Below, piece by piece: positions 11,236 to 22,224 of a stretch of 64,000 bases of DNA; the first letter of the stretch is position 1; each line of letters begins with the position of its first letter. The stretch is from assembly GCA_964016885.1 (NCBI GenBank), contig OZ024742.1, positions 620,001-684,000 on the forward strand. Direction: 5' to 3'. The notes under the pieces are model-generated. The model saw only the letters and a list, made by a program, of their open reading frames with translations, searched no databases and was not told the origin of the DNA. A program made the position numbers and the translations under genes. This DNA comes from Eledone cirrhosa (Eukaryota).

Positions 11236-14200
11236 AGTGATGTTGTTGGTAGTGATGTTGTTGTTGGTAGTGATGTTGTTGTTGGTAGTGATGGTTGTTG
11301 TTGGTAGTGATGTTGTTGTTGGTAGTGATGTTGTTGTTGGTAGTGATGTTGTTGTTGGTAGTGATGTTGTTGTTGGTAGTGATGTTGTTGTTGGTAGTGA
11401 TGTTGTTGTTGGTAGTGATGGTTGTTGTTGTAGTGATGTTGTTGTTGGTAGTGATGTTGTTGTTGGTAGTGATGTTGTTGTTGGTAGTGATGTTGTTGTT
11501 GGTAGTGATGTTGTTGTTGGTAGTGATGTTGTTGTTGGTAGTGATGTTGTTGTTGGTAGTGATGGATGTTGATTGGTAGTGATGTTGTTGTTGGTAGTGA
11601 TGTTGTTGTTGGTAGTGATGTTGTTGTTGGTAGTGATGGTTGTTGTTGGTAGTGATGTTGTTGTTGGTAGTGATGTTGTTGTTGGTAGTGATGGTTGTTG
11701 TTGGTAGTGATGTGTTGTTGGTAGTGATGTTGTTGTTGGTAGTAGATGTTGTGATGGTTGTTGTTGGTAGTGATGGTTGTTGTTGGTAGTGATGGTTGTT
11801 GTTGGTAGTGATGTTGTTGTTGGTAGTGATGGTTGTTGTTGGTAGTGATGTTGTTGTTGGTAGTGATGTTGTTGTTGGTAGTGATGTTGTTGTTGGTAGT
11901 GATGGTTGTTGTTGGTAGTGATGTTGTTGTTGGTAGTGATGTTGTTGTTGGTAGTGATGTTGTTGTTGGTAGTGATGGTTGTTGTTGGTAGTGATGTTGT
12001 TGTTGGTAGTGTGGTGTTGTTGGTAGTGATGATGTTGTTGGTAGTGATGTTGTTGTTGGTAGTGATGGTTGTTGTTGGTAGTGATGTTGTTGTTGGTAGT
12101 GATGTTGTTGTTGGTAGTGATGGTTGTTGGTAGTGATGTTGTTGTTGGTAGTGATGTTGTTGTTGGTAGTGATGGTTGTTGTTGGTAGTGATGTTGTTGT
12201 TGGTAGTGATGTTGTTGGTAGTGATGTTGTTGTTGGTAGTGATGAGTTGTTGGTAGTGATGTTGTTGTTGGTAGTGATGTTGTTGTTGGTAGTGATGGTT
12301 GTTGTTGGTAGTGATGTTGTTGTTGGTAGTGATGTTGTTGTTGGTAGTGATGTTGTTGTTGGTAGTGATGTTGTTGTTGGTAGTGATGTTGTTGTTGGTA
12401 GTGATGTTGTTGTTGGTAGTGATGTTGTTGTTGGTAGTGATGTTGTTGTTGGTAGTGATGGTTGTTGTTGGTAGTGATGTTGTTGTTGGTAGTGATGTTG
12501 TTGTTGGTAGTGATGGTTGTTGTTGGTAGTGATGTTGTTGGTAGTGATGTTGTTGGTAGTGATGTTGTTGTTGGTAGTGATGTTGTTGGTAGTGATGTTG
12601 TTGTTGGTAGTGATGTTGTTGTTGGTAGTGATGGTTGTTGTTGGTAGTGATGTTGTTGTTGGTAGTGATGGTTGTTGTTGGTAGTGATGTTGTTGGTAGT
12701 GATGTTGTTGTTGGTAGTGATGTTGTTGTTGGTAGTGATGTTGTTGTTGGTATTGATGGTTGTTGTTGGTAGTGATGTTGTTGTTGGTAGTGATGTTGTT
12801 GTTGGTAGTGATGTTGTTGTTGGTAGTGATGTTGTTGTTGGTAGTGATGTTGTTGTTGGTAGTGATGGTTGTTGTTGGTAGTGATGTTGTTGTTGGTAGT
12901 GATGGTTGTTGTTGGTAGTGATGTTGTTGTTGGTAGTGATGTTGTTGTTGGTAGTGATGGTTGTTGTTGGTAGTGATGTTGTTGTTGGTAGTGATGTTGT
13001 TGTTGGTAGTGATGGTTGTTGTTGGTAGTGATGTTGTTGTGGTAGTGATGTTGTTGTTGGTAGTGATGGTTGTTGTTGGTAGTGATGTTGTTGTTGGTAG
13101 TGATGGTTGTTGTTGGTAGTGATGGTTGTTGTTGGTAGTGATGTTGTTGTTGGTAGTGATGTTGTTGTTGGTAGTGATGGTTGTTGTTGGTAGTGATGTT
13201 GTTGTTGGTAGTGATGTTGTTGTTGGTAGTGATGGTTGTTGTTGGTAGTGATGTTGTTGTTGGTAGTGATGTTGTTGTTGGTAGTGATGGTTGTTGTTGG
13301 TAGTGATGTTGTTGTTGGTAGTGATGTTGTTGTTGGTAGTGATGGTTGTTGTTGGTAGTGATGTTGTTGTTGGTAGTGTGTTGTTGTTGGTAGTGATGTT
13401 GTTGTTGGTAGTGATGTTGTTGTTGGTAGTGATGTTGTTGTTGGTAGTGATGGTTGTTGTTGGTAGTGATGTTGTTGTTGGTAGTGATGGTTGTTGTTGG
13501 TAGTGATGTTGTTGTTGGTAGTGATGGTTGTTGTTGGTAGTGATGTTGTTGTTGGTAGTGATGGTTGTTGTTGGTAGTGATGTTGTTGTTGGTAGTGATG
13601 TTGTTGTTGGTAGTGATGTTGTTGTTGGTAGTGATGGTTGTTGTTGGTAGTGATGTTGTTGTTGGTAGTGATGTTGTTGTTGGTAGTGATGGTTGTTGTT
13701 GGTAGTGATGGTTGTTGTTGGTAGTGATGGTTGTTGTTGGTAGTGATGTTGTTGTTGGTAGTGATGTTGTTGTTGGTAGTGATGTTGTTGTTGGTAGTGA
13801 TGTTGTTGTTGGTAGTGATGTTGTTGTTGGTAGTGATGTTGTTGTTGGTAGTGATGATGTTGTTGGTAGTGATGTTGTTGTTGGTAGTGATGTTGTTGTT
13901 GGTAGTGATGGTTGTTGTTGGTAGTGATGGTTGTTGTTGGTAGTGATGTTGTTGTTGGTAGTGATGTTGTTGTTGGTAGTGATGTTGTTGTTGGTAGTGA
14001 TGTTGTTGTTGGTAGTGATGGTTGTTGTTGGTAGTGATGTTGTTGTTGGTAGTGATCTTGTTGTTGGTATTGATGGTTGTTGTTGGTAGTGATGGTTGTT
14101 GTTGGTAGTGATGGTTGTTGTTGGTAGTGATGTTGTTGGTAGTGATGTTGTTGTTGGTAGTGATGTTGTTGTTGGTAGTGATGGTTGTTGTTGGTAGTGA

Positions 14201-16005
14201 TGTTGTTGTTGGTAGTGATGTTGTTGCTAGTGATGGTTGTTGTTGGTAGTGATGTTGTTGTTGGTAGTGATGATGTTGTTGGTAGTGATGTTGTTGTTGG
14301 TAGTGATGATGTTGTTGGTAGTGATGTTGTTGTTGGTAGTGATGATGTTGTTGGTAGTGATGTTGTTGTTGGTAGTGATGGTTGTTGTTGGTAGTGATGT
14401 TGTTGGTAGTGATGTTGTTGTTGGTAGTGATGTTGTTGTTGGTAGTGATGATGTTGTTGGTAGTGATGGTTGTTGTTGGTAGTGATGTTGTTGTTGGTAG
14501 TGATGTTGTTGTTGGTATTGATGGTTGTTGTTGGTAGTGATGTTGTTGTTGGTAGTGATGTTGTTGGTAGTGATGGTTGTTGTTGGTAGTGATGTTGTTG
14601 TTGGTAGTGATGGTTGTTGTTCGTAGTGATGTTGTTGTTGGTAGTGATGTTGTTGTTGGTAGTGATGTTGTTGGTAGTGATGTTGTTGTTGGTAGTGATG
14701 TTGTTGTTGGTAGTGATGTTGTTGGTAGTGATGTTGTTGTTGGTAGTGATGTTGTTGTTGGTAGTGATGGTTGTTGTTGGTAGTGATGGTTGTTGTTGGT
14801 AGTGATGTTGTTGTTGGTCGTGATGATGTTGTTGGTAGTGATGGTTGTTGTTGGTAGTGATGATGTTGTTGGTAGTGATGTTGTTGTTGGTAGTGATGTT
14901 GTTGTTGGTAGTGATGGTTGTTGTTGGTAGTGATGGTTGTTGTTGGTAGTGATGTTGTTGTTGGTAGTGATGTTGTTGTTGGTAGTGATGTTGTTGTTGG
15001 TAGTGATGTTGTTGTTGGTAGTGATGTTGTTGTTGGTAGTGATGGTTGTTGTTGGTAGTGATGGTTGTTGTTGGAAGTGATGTTGTTGTTGGTAGTGATG
15101 TTGTTGTTGGTAGTGATGTTGTTGTTGGTAGTGATGATTGTTGTTGGTAGTGATGTTGTTGGTAGTGATGTTGTTGTTGGTAGTGATGGTTGTTGTTGGT
15201 AGTGATGTTGTTGTTGGTAGTGATGTTTGTTGTTGGTAGTGATGTTTGTTGTTGGTAGTAATGTTTGTTGTTGGTAGTGATGTTGTTGTTGGTAGTGATG
15301 TTGTTGGTAGTGATGGTTGTTGTTGGTAGTGATGTTGTTGTTGGTAGTGATGTTGTTGTTGGTAGTGATGTTTGTTGTTGGTAGTGATGGTTGTTGTTGG
15401 TAGTGATGTTGTTGTTGGTAGTGATGTTGTTGTTGGTAGTGATGGTTGTTGTTGGTAGTGATGTTGTTGTTGGTAGTGATGTTGTTGTTGGTAGTGATGG
15501 TTGTTGTTGGTAGTGATGGTTGTTGTTGGTAGTGATGTTTGTTGTTGGTAGTGATGGTTGTTGTTGGTAGTGATGTTGTTGTTGGTAGTGATGTTGTTGT
15601 TGGTAGTGATGGTTGTTGTTGGTAGTGATGGTTGTTGTTGGTAGTGATGTTGTTGTTGGTAGTGATGTTGTTGTTGGTAGTGATGATGTTGTTGGTAGTG
15701 ATGTTGTTGTTGGTAGTGATGATGTTGTTGGTAGTGATGGTTGTTGTTGGTAGTGATGGTTGTTGTTGGTAGTGATGTTGTTGGTAGTGATGGTTGTTGT
15801 TGGTAGTGATGTTGTTGGTAGTGATGTTGTTGGTAGTGATGTTGTTGGTAGTGATGTTGTTGTTGGTAGTGATGTTGTTGTTGGTAGTGATGTTGTTGGT
15901 AGTGATGTTTGTTGTTGGTAGTGATGTTTGTTGTTGGTAGTGATGTTGTTGTTGGTAGTGATGGTTGTTGTTGGTAGTGATGGTTGTTGTTGGTAGTGAT
16001 GTTGT
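11236..16005. repeat. Minisatellite (GTTGTTGTTGGTAGTGAT)n, 18-bp unit with 15- and 19-bp variants
   Basis: Directly visible, about 4.8 kb. Confidence 0.97.
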
Positions 16006-16036
16006 CAATAGGAGAAATTCAATAAAATGGGTTTAC

Positions 16037-16071
16037 CATTTCCTCTTCCTCCAAGTTGGTACCAAGTAATT
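16037..16071 (-). CDS. Possible 35-nt micro-exon of the minus-strand gene
   Basis: tttcttggtctgttAG|AATTACTTGG...GAGGAAATG|GTaaac. Open in the phase continuing from exon 20528-20689 (E-ITWYQLGGRGN), and also as LLGTNLEEEEM. Supported by splice signals only. Confidence 0.4.
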
Positions 16072-16384
16072 CTAACAGACCAAGAAACATGTGTGTGTGT
16101 GTGTGTGTGGTATTCATGTTAGTGTGTGTGTTATTCACATGTGTGTCTTTAGAATTTCTCTTTGGTTATGTCCTATAACTTAGAAGTTCAACAAAAACCT
16201 ACGGTTGTTATGGCTGACTAAGTCCCTTGAAGGTAGTGCCCCAGCACTGAAACCAGTAAAAGAGTTGATACCATAAATATGAACCCCTTTCTCTTTCAAT
16301 ATAAATCTGCCCCCTATACAGGGACTGTGGATCTGTTTTAGTGGGGAACATAGGGCTATAAAAAGAAGCTTGCCTCTACATACA

Positions 16385-16430
<46 letters not shown>

Positions 16431-16648
16431 GCACATTTTAAAGATGTAATTAGACCTACACATACACTCATATATATATATATATTTTTATATATATACA
16501 CATATATACCTGTATACATATATGTACATATACGTCCAAACGCATGCAAGCGTGGAACATGGAAGATGGACGTTAAACGATGATGATGATATGTATACAT
16601 GTACATAGATGTATATATGTACATATATATACATATATGGACATATAT

Positions 16649-16680
<32 letters not shown>

Positions 16681-16682
<2 letters not shown>

Positions 16683-16856
16683 CGAAGGAAATGTGGTAAG
16701 GAACCAGGTGGACCATAACGCACCAAAGTACTCAATACTTGAGGTAGTAGAGTGGGTAATAGGAACCAGTAAGACCCCGACAGCTGAGCTCAAGCCGTTT
16801 CGACGGCTAATTAGCCGTCGAAACGGCTTGAGCTCAGCTGTCGGGGGTCTTACTGG

Positions 16857-16859
<3 letters not shown>
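16681..16859 (-). mobile_element. pLTR-like fragment ending in a 97-bp spacerless palindrome (16763-16859)
   Basis: Arms of 48 and 49 nt centred on CTAA|TTAG at 16810/16811, flanked on both sides by (TA)n. Each strand reads a 3' half-hammerhead. Confidence 0.65.
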
Positions 16860-16919
<60 letters not shown>

Positions 16920-18046
16920 ATACATATATGGACATATATATATATATATATACACATACATATATGTATGTATATATTTATACATATATGAACATATACA
17001 TATGTATACGTATATGTACATATATAAGTATACTTATATGTACATATACTTGTATACACATTCAAATGTGTTTGTTATAAACATATACACACAGTAGACT
17101 AAACCTAGTCATTTGACAAAATAGGTCTGTTACACTGTAGCTGGTACCTGACTACTATTTCCGGGGGGGGGGGGGGTATATCCCACCATACCCTCTACTA
17201 CATCCAGGTCCCAGCTATATTACACAACCCCCTGGAGCTAATATCTTAATTAGTTTTGGCCAGGTAAATAGCAGAGGATGACGCACAAAAAATAAAATAA
17301 AATAAAAGGAAAAAGATTTTGGAACAAAAAGATAAGCAGAAAAACAAAAACAAAATGAAAGAAGTGAATAAAAGAGCAGGTGAGTGGGTGGTGAGTGGGT
17401 TTGAAAACGGTGGGGGTGGTTAGAACTATGGACACGTGCACTCCATGCAGTATGACACACAGACACACACTCTCAGTGAAGTGCAATAATAGGAGAGAAG
17501 CTAGGACAACAACAAGCAATCATGATGAACACCACTACATCCTATCAGAGTCATGTTGGTAGTGAGAATCTTTACAGAGTAATATTCTAGCTCTACTTTA
17601 GGGGTTTCTCATAAATTTGATTGAATATTAAAGAATTCTCAGGTGAATTAGAAGATTAACTTTCTTGGTATAAAACTGTCTGAAACAGCCCTAGTTCTAT
17701 CATACAGAGCTGTTTGGTTTAAAGTGTTTATATTTATCTAAAATCCTTCCCTCATAATTTTATATAAGAAATTCCATACACTTATGTTCTAAACACCAGA
17801 TTAATAATGTGAAAGTTATATTACTAAATCCCTCCAAATTCTTGATAATTTTCTAAATAATTTTAAAATAAACATCAATTCTCATCTTGATCATCCCATC
17901 CTAAAATTTTTTTAAATATTTATTTGGCCTATATTTCAGATTTCACGTCCATTGTTGGGGGGCTTTCCAAAGTGAAATAAATATGTCGGGAAAGGAGACT
18001 ATGTGGCCGTTTGCAGCTACCGCCTGTATCTGACTTAAAAATATAC

Positions 18047-18851
18047 ATAACGGGATGGAAGAAGTTCAGGGAACTACTGCCACTGCTAGCTGCAAAAGGC
18101 TTCTCCCTCAAAATGAAAGGCAGACTGTATGATGCGTGTATCCGAACAGCTATGTTACATGGTAGTGAGACCTGGGCGCTGAAGGTGGAAGACTTACGTA
18201 GATTAGAGAGAAACGAAGCTTGCATGCTCCGATGGATGTGTAATAGTAATATACGCGAACAACAAAGTATAAATGAATTGAGAGAGAGACTGAGCATCAG
18301 AGGAATCAAATGCTGTGTGCAGGAGAGGCGGTTGCGTTGGTATGGACATGTGATGCGTATGAAGGATGACAGCTGCATAAAAAGGTGCAGAGCACTAGAA
18401 GTCAATGGAAACCACGGAGTGGGAAGACCTGGGATGAGGTGATAAAAGCCGACTTTACCCAATTACACCTCTCAAAGGCGATGACACACAACCATGACCC
18501 CTGGCGTCATGCAGTAATAGAGAGTACCCGACCTCCCATGGGTACAAGCTGAAGCATATAGACAATATGCCCCCACACCCTCCCACTGCAAGATGGTCGT
18601 GGAGGTGCCACGGCAAAAAAGCACCCAGCCCACACTGTAAAGTGGACGTGTAGGCGCCACGGAAAAAGCACCCAGCATTCACTGTAAATGAGGTTGGTGT
18701 TAGGAAGGGCATCCAGCTGTAGAAATCAAGCCAAAATCAGTTCCTGTATGAGCAAGGCATGGTTAGCCGACCAGACACTGCCCACAACAGGACAACCCGT
18801 CTAACCCATGCTAACATGGAAGAACGGACGTAAAACCGTGATGATGATGAT
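18047..18851 (+). mobile_element. 5'-truncated RTE-type LINE (C-terminal ORF remnant, 3' UTR, (GAT)n tail)
   Basis: GWKKFRELLPLL...GRLYDACIRTAMLHGSETW...RRLRWYGHVMRM...GRP, followed by the tail 'ggacgtaaaaccgtgatgatgatga'. Confidence 0.85.
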
Positions 18852-19271
18852 TTCAGGGCCTATTTTATCCAAAATATACTTCCTTAAACAAGATGGTAGT
18901 TTTGAGGAAAATTTGACTACTACTGCTATCACATTGAACCACCACATAGAGAGTCCCACATTGTCTCATCTACTCATGTTTGCCAGTTATATAAATATTT
19001 AAAAGTACAATTGATACATTTTGGAGCTGGATGAAGACATGTTTGCTGCGTTTAATGATATTATAATAACTAAATGTTGACTTTAACAAATTAAGAACAT
19101 TGAAAATTTTGATGCCACACAGACGTTCAAATCATAAAAATTTCCCAGAAAATAGCAAAATTATTCCTGACTAAACAACACAGATTAGGGGGGAGAGAGA
19201 GAGCTAAGGAAGGAAGCAAGCACATCATAGTGAAACATTTAACAACCGTATCAGGATCGAGAGGTGTGTGA

Positions 19272-19331
<60 letters not shown>

Positions 19332-19332
<1 letters not shown>

Positions 19333-19690
19333 ATGGAAAACGAAAAATCAGCGATGCATTGGAACTCAATTTAATGTGTGTTACAATTGTTTCCCTGGTG
19401 GACAGCTCGAGGTGCAATCTGTGTGTGGATCGACCTGACTCTGGATTCACAGGTTCTGAAATCAATAGACATGTCCGAGAAACCTGTGAATCCAGAGTCA
19501 GGTCGATCCACACACAGATTGCACCTCGAGCTGTCCACCAGGGAAACAATTGTAACACACAATAAATAGAGTTTCGATGCATCACTGATTTTTCGTTTTC
19601 CATTTTATCATGCTCTGCTCCGTAGGAGCAGAGAGTGTTCAACCGGCATACCGCCTATGGAAGCATCTTAGCTACCATTAGACATATATA
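19332..19690 (+). mobile_element. pLTR-like fragment with inverted 5' copy (273-bp inverted repeat at 19332-19604)
   Basis: Arms 19332-19455 and 19481-19604 with a 25-nt spacer. The right arm starts with GAAA-CCTG...CAGG-TC, contains AATAAA at 19561, and continues unpaired to a TA-rich end. Confidence 0.65.
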
Positions 19691-19701
19691 TGTATATGTA
19701 T

Positions 19702-20032
19702 GGAGGCACATGGCTGAGTGGTTAGAGTATTGGCCATGCAATCGAAAGATTGTGAGTTCAATTCTTGGACCAGGTGATGTGTTGTTTCCTTGAGCAAGAC
19801 ACTTTATTTCACATTGCTCCAGTTTAATCAGCTGTAGAAATGAGATGATAGGGACTGGGGTCCCTATCATTCCACTGTAAAGTGGACGTGTAGGCACCAC
19901 GGAAAAAAAGCACCTAGCACTCACTGTAAATGAGGTTGGTGTTAGGAAGGGCATCCAGCTGTAGAAATCAAGCCAGAATCAGTTCCCGTCCCACCCTTGC
20001 AAGCAGGGAAAAGCAGACGTAAAATGATGATG

Positions 20033-20033
<1 letters not shown>
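19702..20033 (+). mobile_element. tRNA-headed CORE-like SINE with LINE-derived tail
   Basis: Same family as 3926-4270: A/B boxes, CORE-like block and (ATG)n tail. Confidence 0.85.
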
Positions 20034-20065
<32 letters not shown>

Positions 20066-20129
20066 AAGCAAGGAACAAAGGGAGGTAAGCACATGATATT
20101 AAAACATTTAACGACAATATCAGGAGAGA

Positions 20130-20440
20130 TAGGTGTGTGTGTGTATATATACACATATGTGCATATATATACATGTGTGTGTATGTATATATATATATAT
20201 ATATACATGTATATATATATATGTACATGTATATATATATATATGTACATGTATATATATATATATGTACATGTGTATATATATATATATGTACATGTAT
20301 ATATATATATATATGTACATGTATATATATATATATATACATGTATATATATATATGTACATGTATATATATATATATATACATGTATATATATATATGT
20401 ACATGTATATATATATATATACACACTTGTATACATATAT
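20130..20440. repeat. TA-rich minisatellite (ATGTACATGT(AT)n)
   Basis: Directly visible. Confidence 0.85.
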
Positions 20441-20527
20441 AAAGTGAGAGTGACAGAGAGCGCAATGAATAAAGGGAGGTAAGCAGATGATAGTGAAACA
20501 TTTAACACCGGCTACAAGGTGACGTAC

Positions 20528-20689
20528 TCCTCAGAATCATGCCTTTCAACATGTCGATGTTCTATGTCTAGTTCCAGTTCCTCAGCACTGGAGCCCTTCG
20601 TCAGGATCCCTTCATCACTAATTGATGACTGCCAGTCCTGCTGTTCCGTAATCTTCCTCTGACGAAATTCTTCCAACAATTTTGTTACC
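20528..20689 (-). CDS. Coding exon of an IQ-motif protein gene (segment following the IQ motifs)
   Basis: Acceptor tttgtttgatttcAG. The phase-2 join to exon 21979-22157 gives [54 protein letters not shown]. Candidate donor GTacgt at 20527, otherwise a stop at 20512-20514. Confidence 0.75.
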
Positions 20690-20748
20690 CTGAAATCAAA
20701 CAAATCTCCATCAATGTCAAAATATAAGATCAAACTCTCAGTCAGTCA

Positions 20749-21008
20749 ATCATCACCACTATCATTACCATCACCATCATCACCACCACCACCAGCACTA
20801 TCATTACCATCACCATCATCACCACCACCACTATCATTACCATCATCACCACCACCACTATCATTACCATCATCACCACCACCACTATCATTACCATCAT
20901 CACCACCACCACTATCATTACCATCTACATCATCACCACCACCACTATCATTACCATCTACATCATCACCACCACCACCACCATCATCACGTCACCATCA
21001 TCATCATC
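20749..21008. repeat. CAT/CAC-based compound minisatellite
   Basis: Units resembling (ccatcatcaccaccaccactatcatta). Confidence 0.9.
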
Positions 21009-21254
21009 GTTTAACAAGCTTTCTCACAAGGATTGGACAGATCAGATTGGTTCTCAAAGCAGAGGTACTGACCCCACAGTGGGCCAGGAGCCTGCACCCT
21101 GCTCATACATTCCTGCACCTTACCAAATGCTCAGATGGGCTGACACTCTGCAACTTACATACTGCCCCACACACTATTTTATTATGTCACCAACATTACA
21201 GAGGTTAACATGTCTTTGACACAACTGAAGAATTCTCCCAAGTCTTTGTGTAAC

Positions 21255-21645
21255 AGGTTTTCTATGGCTGGATGCCATTTTATCACCAACCACTTTACAG
21301 AGTGTACTTGGTGCATTTATCATATAAAGCGCCAACACTAGGAGGGTAGCTGAAGAGTCCCAAGTCTGTAGGATAACACAATCCTCTACAAGTATGTATC
21401 CCATTAATACAATTATAAACATAACATTATCATCACTTTTAACATCCATTTTTCTGTTCTTGTGTGGGTTGGAGGAGTTGGAGAAATATTCTCCAGCACA
21501 AATTTCTTCAATTTCTTGTATTCTTTCATCACCATGGTTTCTACAGCTGGATGCCCTTCCCAATACCAACCACTTCACAGCATGTATTGGGAGCATGTTT
21601 TTTTACATCTGGATGTCTTTTCTAATGCCAACCACTTTAAAGAGT
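21255..21645 (-). mobile_element. Old SINE/LINE tail fragments
   Basis: Recurrent 'tttcta..gctggatgcc...accaaccactttacagagtgtacttggtgc' motifs. Confidence 0.6.
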
Positions 21646-21727
21646 AAATTCCTTTGTAACAAAGTATAACCTGTACAGTCTTTATGGTTTTAAAACAATT
21701 TTAATATTTATTTCTTTATAAAATAAT

Positions 21728-21917
21728 TGTTTCTACTTTTGGCACAAGGCCAGCAATTACCCAGTACATTACTGGTACTTTATTTTATCGACCCCGTAAG
21801 GACGAAAGGCAAAGTTAACCCTGGTGGGATTTGAACTCAGATCATAAAGGGACGTAACTCTATGCTGCAAATCATGGCGTCCGACCCTCTACCGATACTG
21901 CCAATCCACCGCCCTTG
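21728..21917 (-). mobile_element. tRNA-derived SINE (second family) with 17-bp target-site duplication
   Basis: TTTCTTTATAAAATAAT flanks at 21711-21727 and 21918-21934. B box (GAGTTCAAATCC on the minus strand). The 'ggtactttattttatcgacccc...gaaaggcaaagt' body resembles an octopus SINE. Confidence 0.85.
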
Positions 21918-21978
21918 TTTCTTTATAAAATAATATATCAGTTTAGCTTGAAATGAAGTCAATTCCGAAAATCCTTAC

Positions 21979-22157
21979 CTTTTCCGAGTCAAACATCCTC
22001 TGATAAATGGCTGTACAAGTGCAACAGATTGTTGGACAATTAAAAACTTCTTTCGTGCTATCATCATTCGAACAGCAGACTGTATGGTTATAACAGCATC
22101 ATGTTCCAGTTTCTTGTGAGACAGTTGTCTCTGGGCCAAGAATCGTCTTACATGACA
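21979..22157 (-). CDS. Coding exon with tandem IQ (calmodulin-binding) motifs, resembling an unconventional myosin neck
   Basis: tttcttgttgtAG|179 nt|GTaag, translating CHVRRFLAQRQLSHKKLEHDAVITIQSAVRMMIARKKFLIVQQSVALVQPFIRGCLTRK. Matches IQxxxRxxxxRK at 23-aa spacing. Not listed in the ORF track. Confidence 0.85.
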
Positions 22158-22224
22158 CTACAACAAGAAACCAGTTGTGTTAGAGTTTATGTAAAAACAA
22201 GGAAACTCCTGCTCCATTAACTGA

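Noticed and set aside
11236-16005. Telomere-like G/T-rich repeat beside a PLE
   Set aside because: No TTAGGG or TTAGG units, and adjacency to the PLE is across an assembly gap.
11237-16008. Thr/Asn/Gln/His-rich 593-aa ORF and Val/Leu-rich ORFs
   Set aside because: Translations of the 18/19-bp minisatellite that shift register constantly.
19127-19654. 171-aa ORF with a possible acceptor (cttccatag) as the next exon of the IQ gene
   Set aside because: It is out of phase with the upstream donor, hitting a stop after four codons, and runs through a palindromic repeat and a microsatellite.
19702-19775. tRNA gene
   Set aside because: A and B boxes are present, but the sequence continues into a SINE body, as in the copy at 4200-4270.
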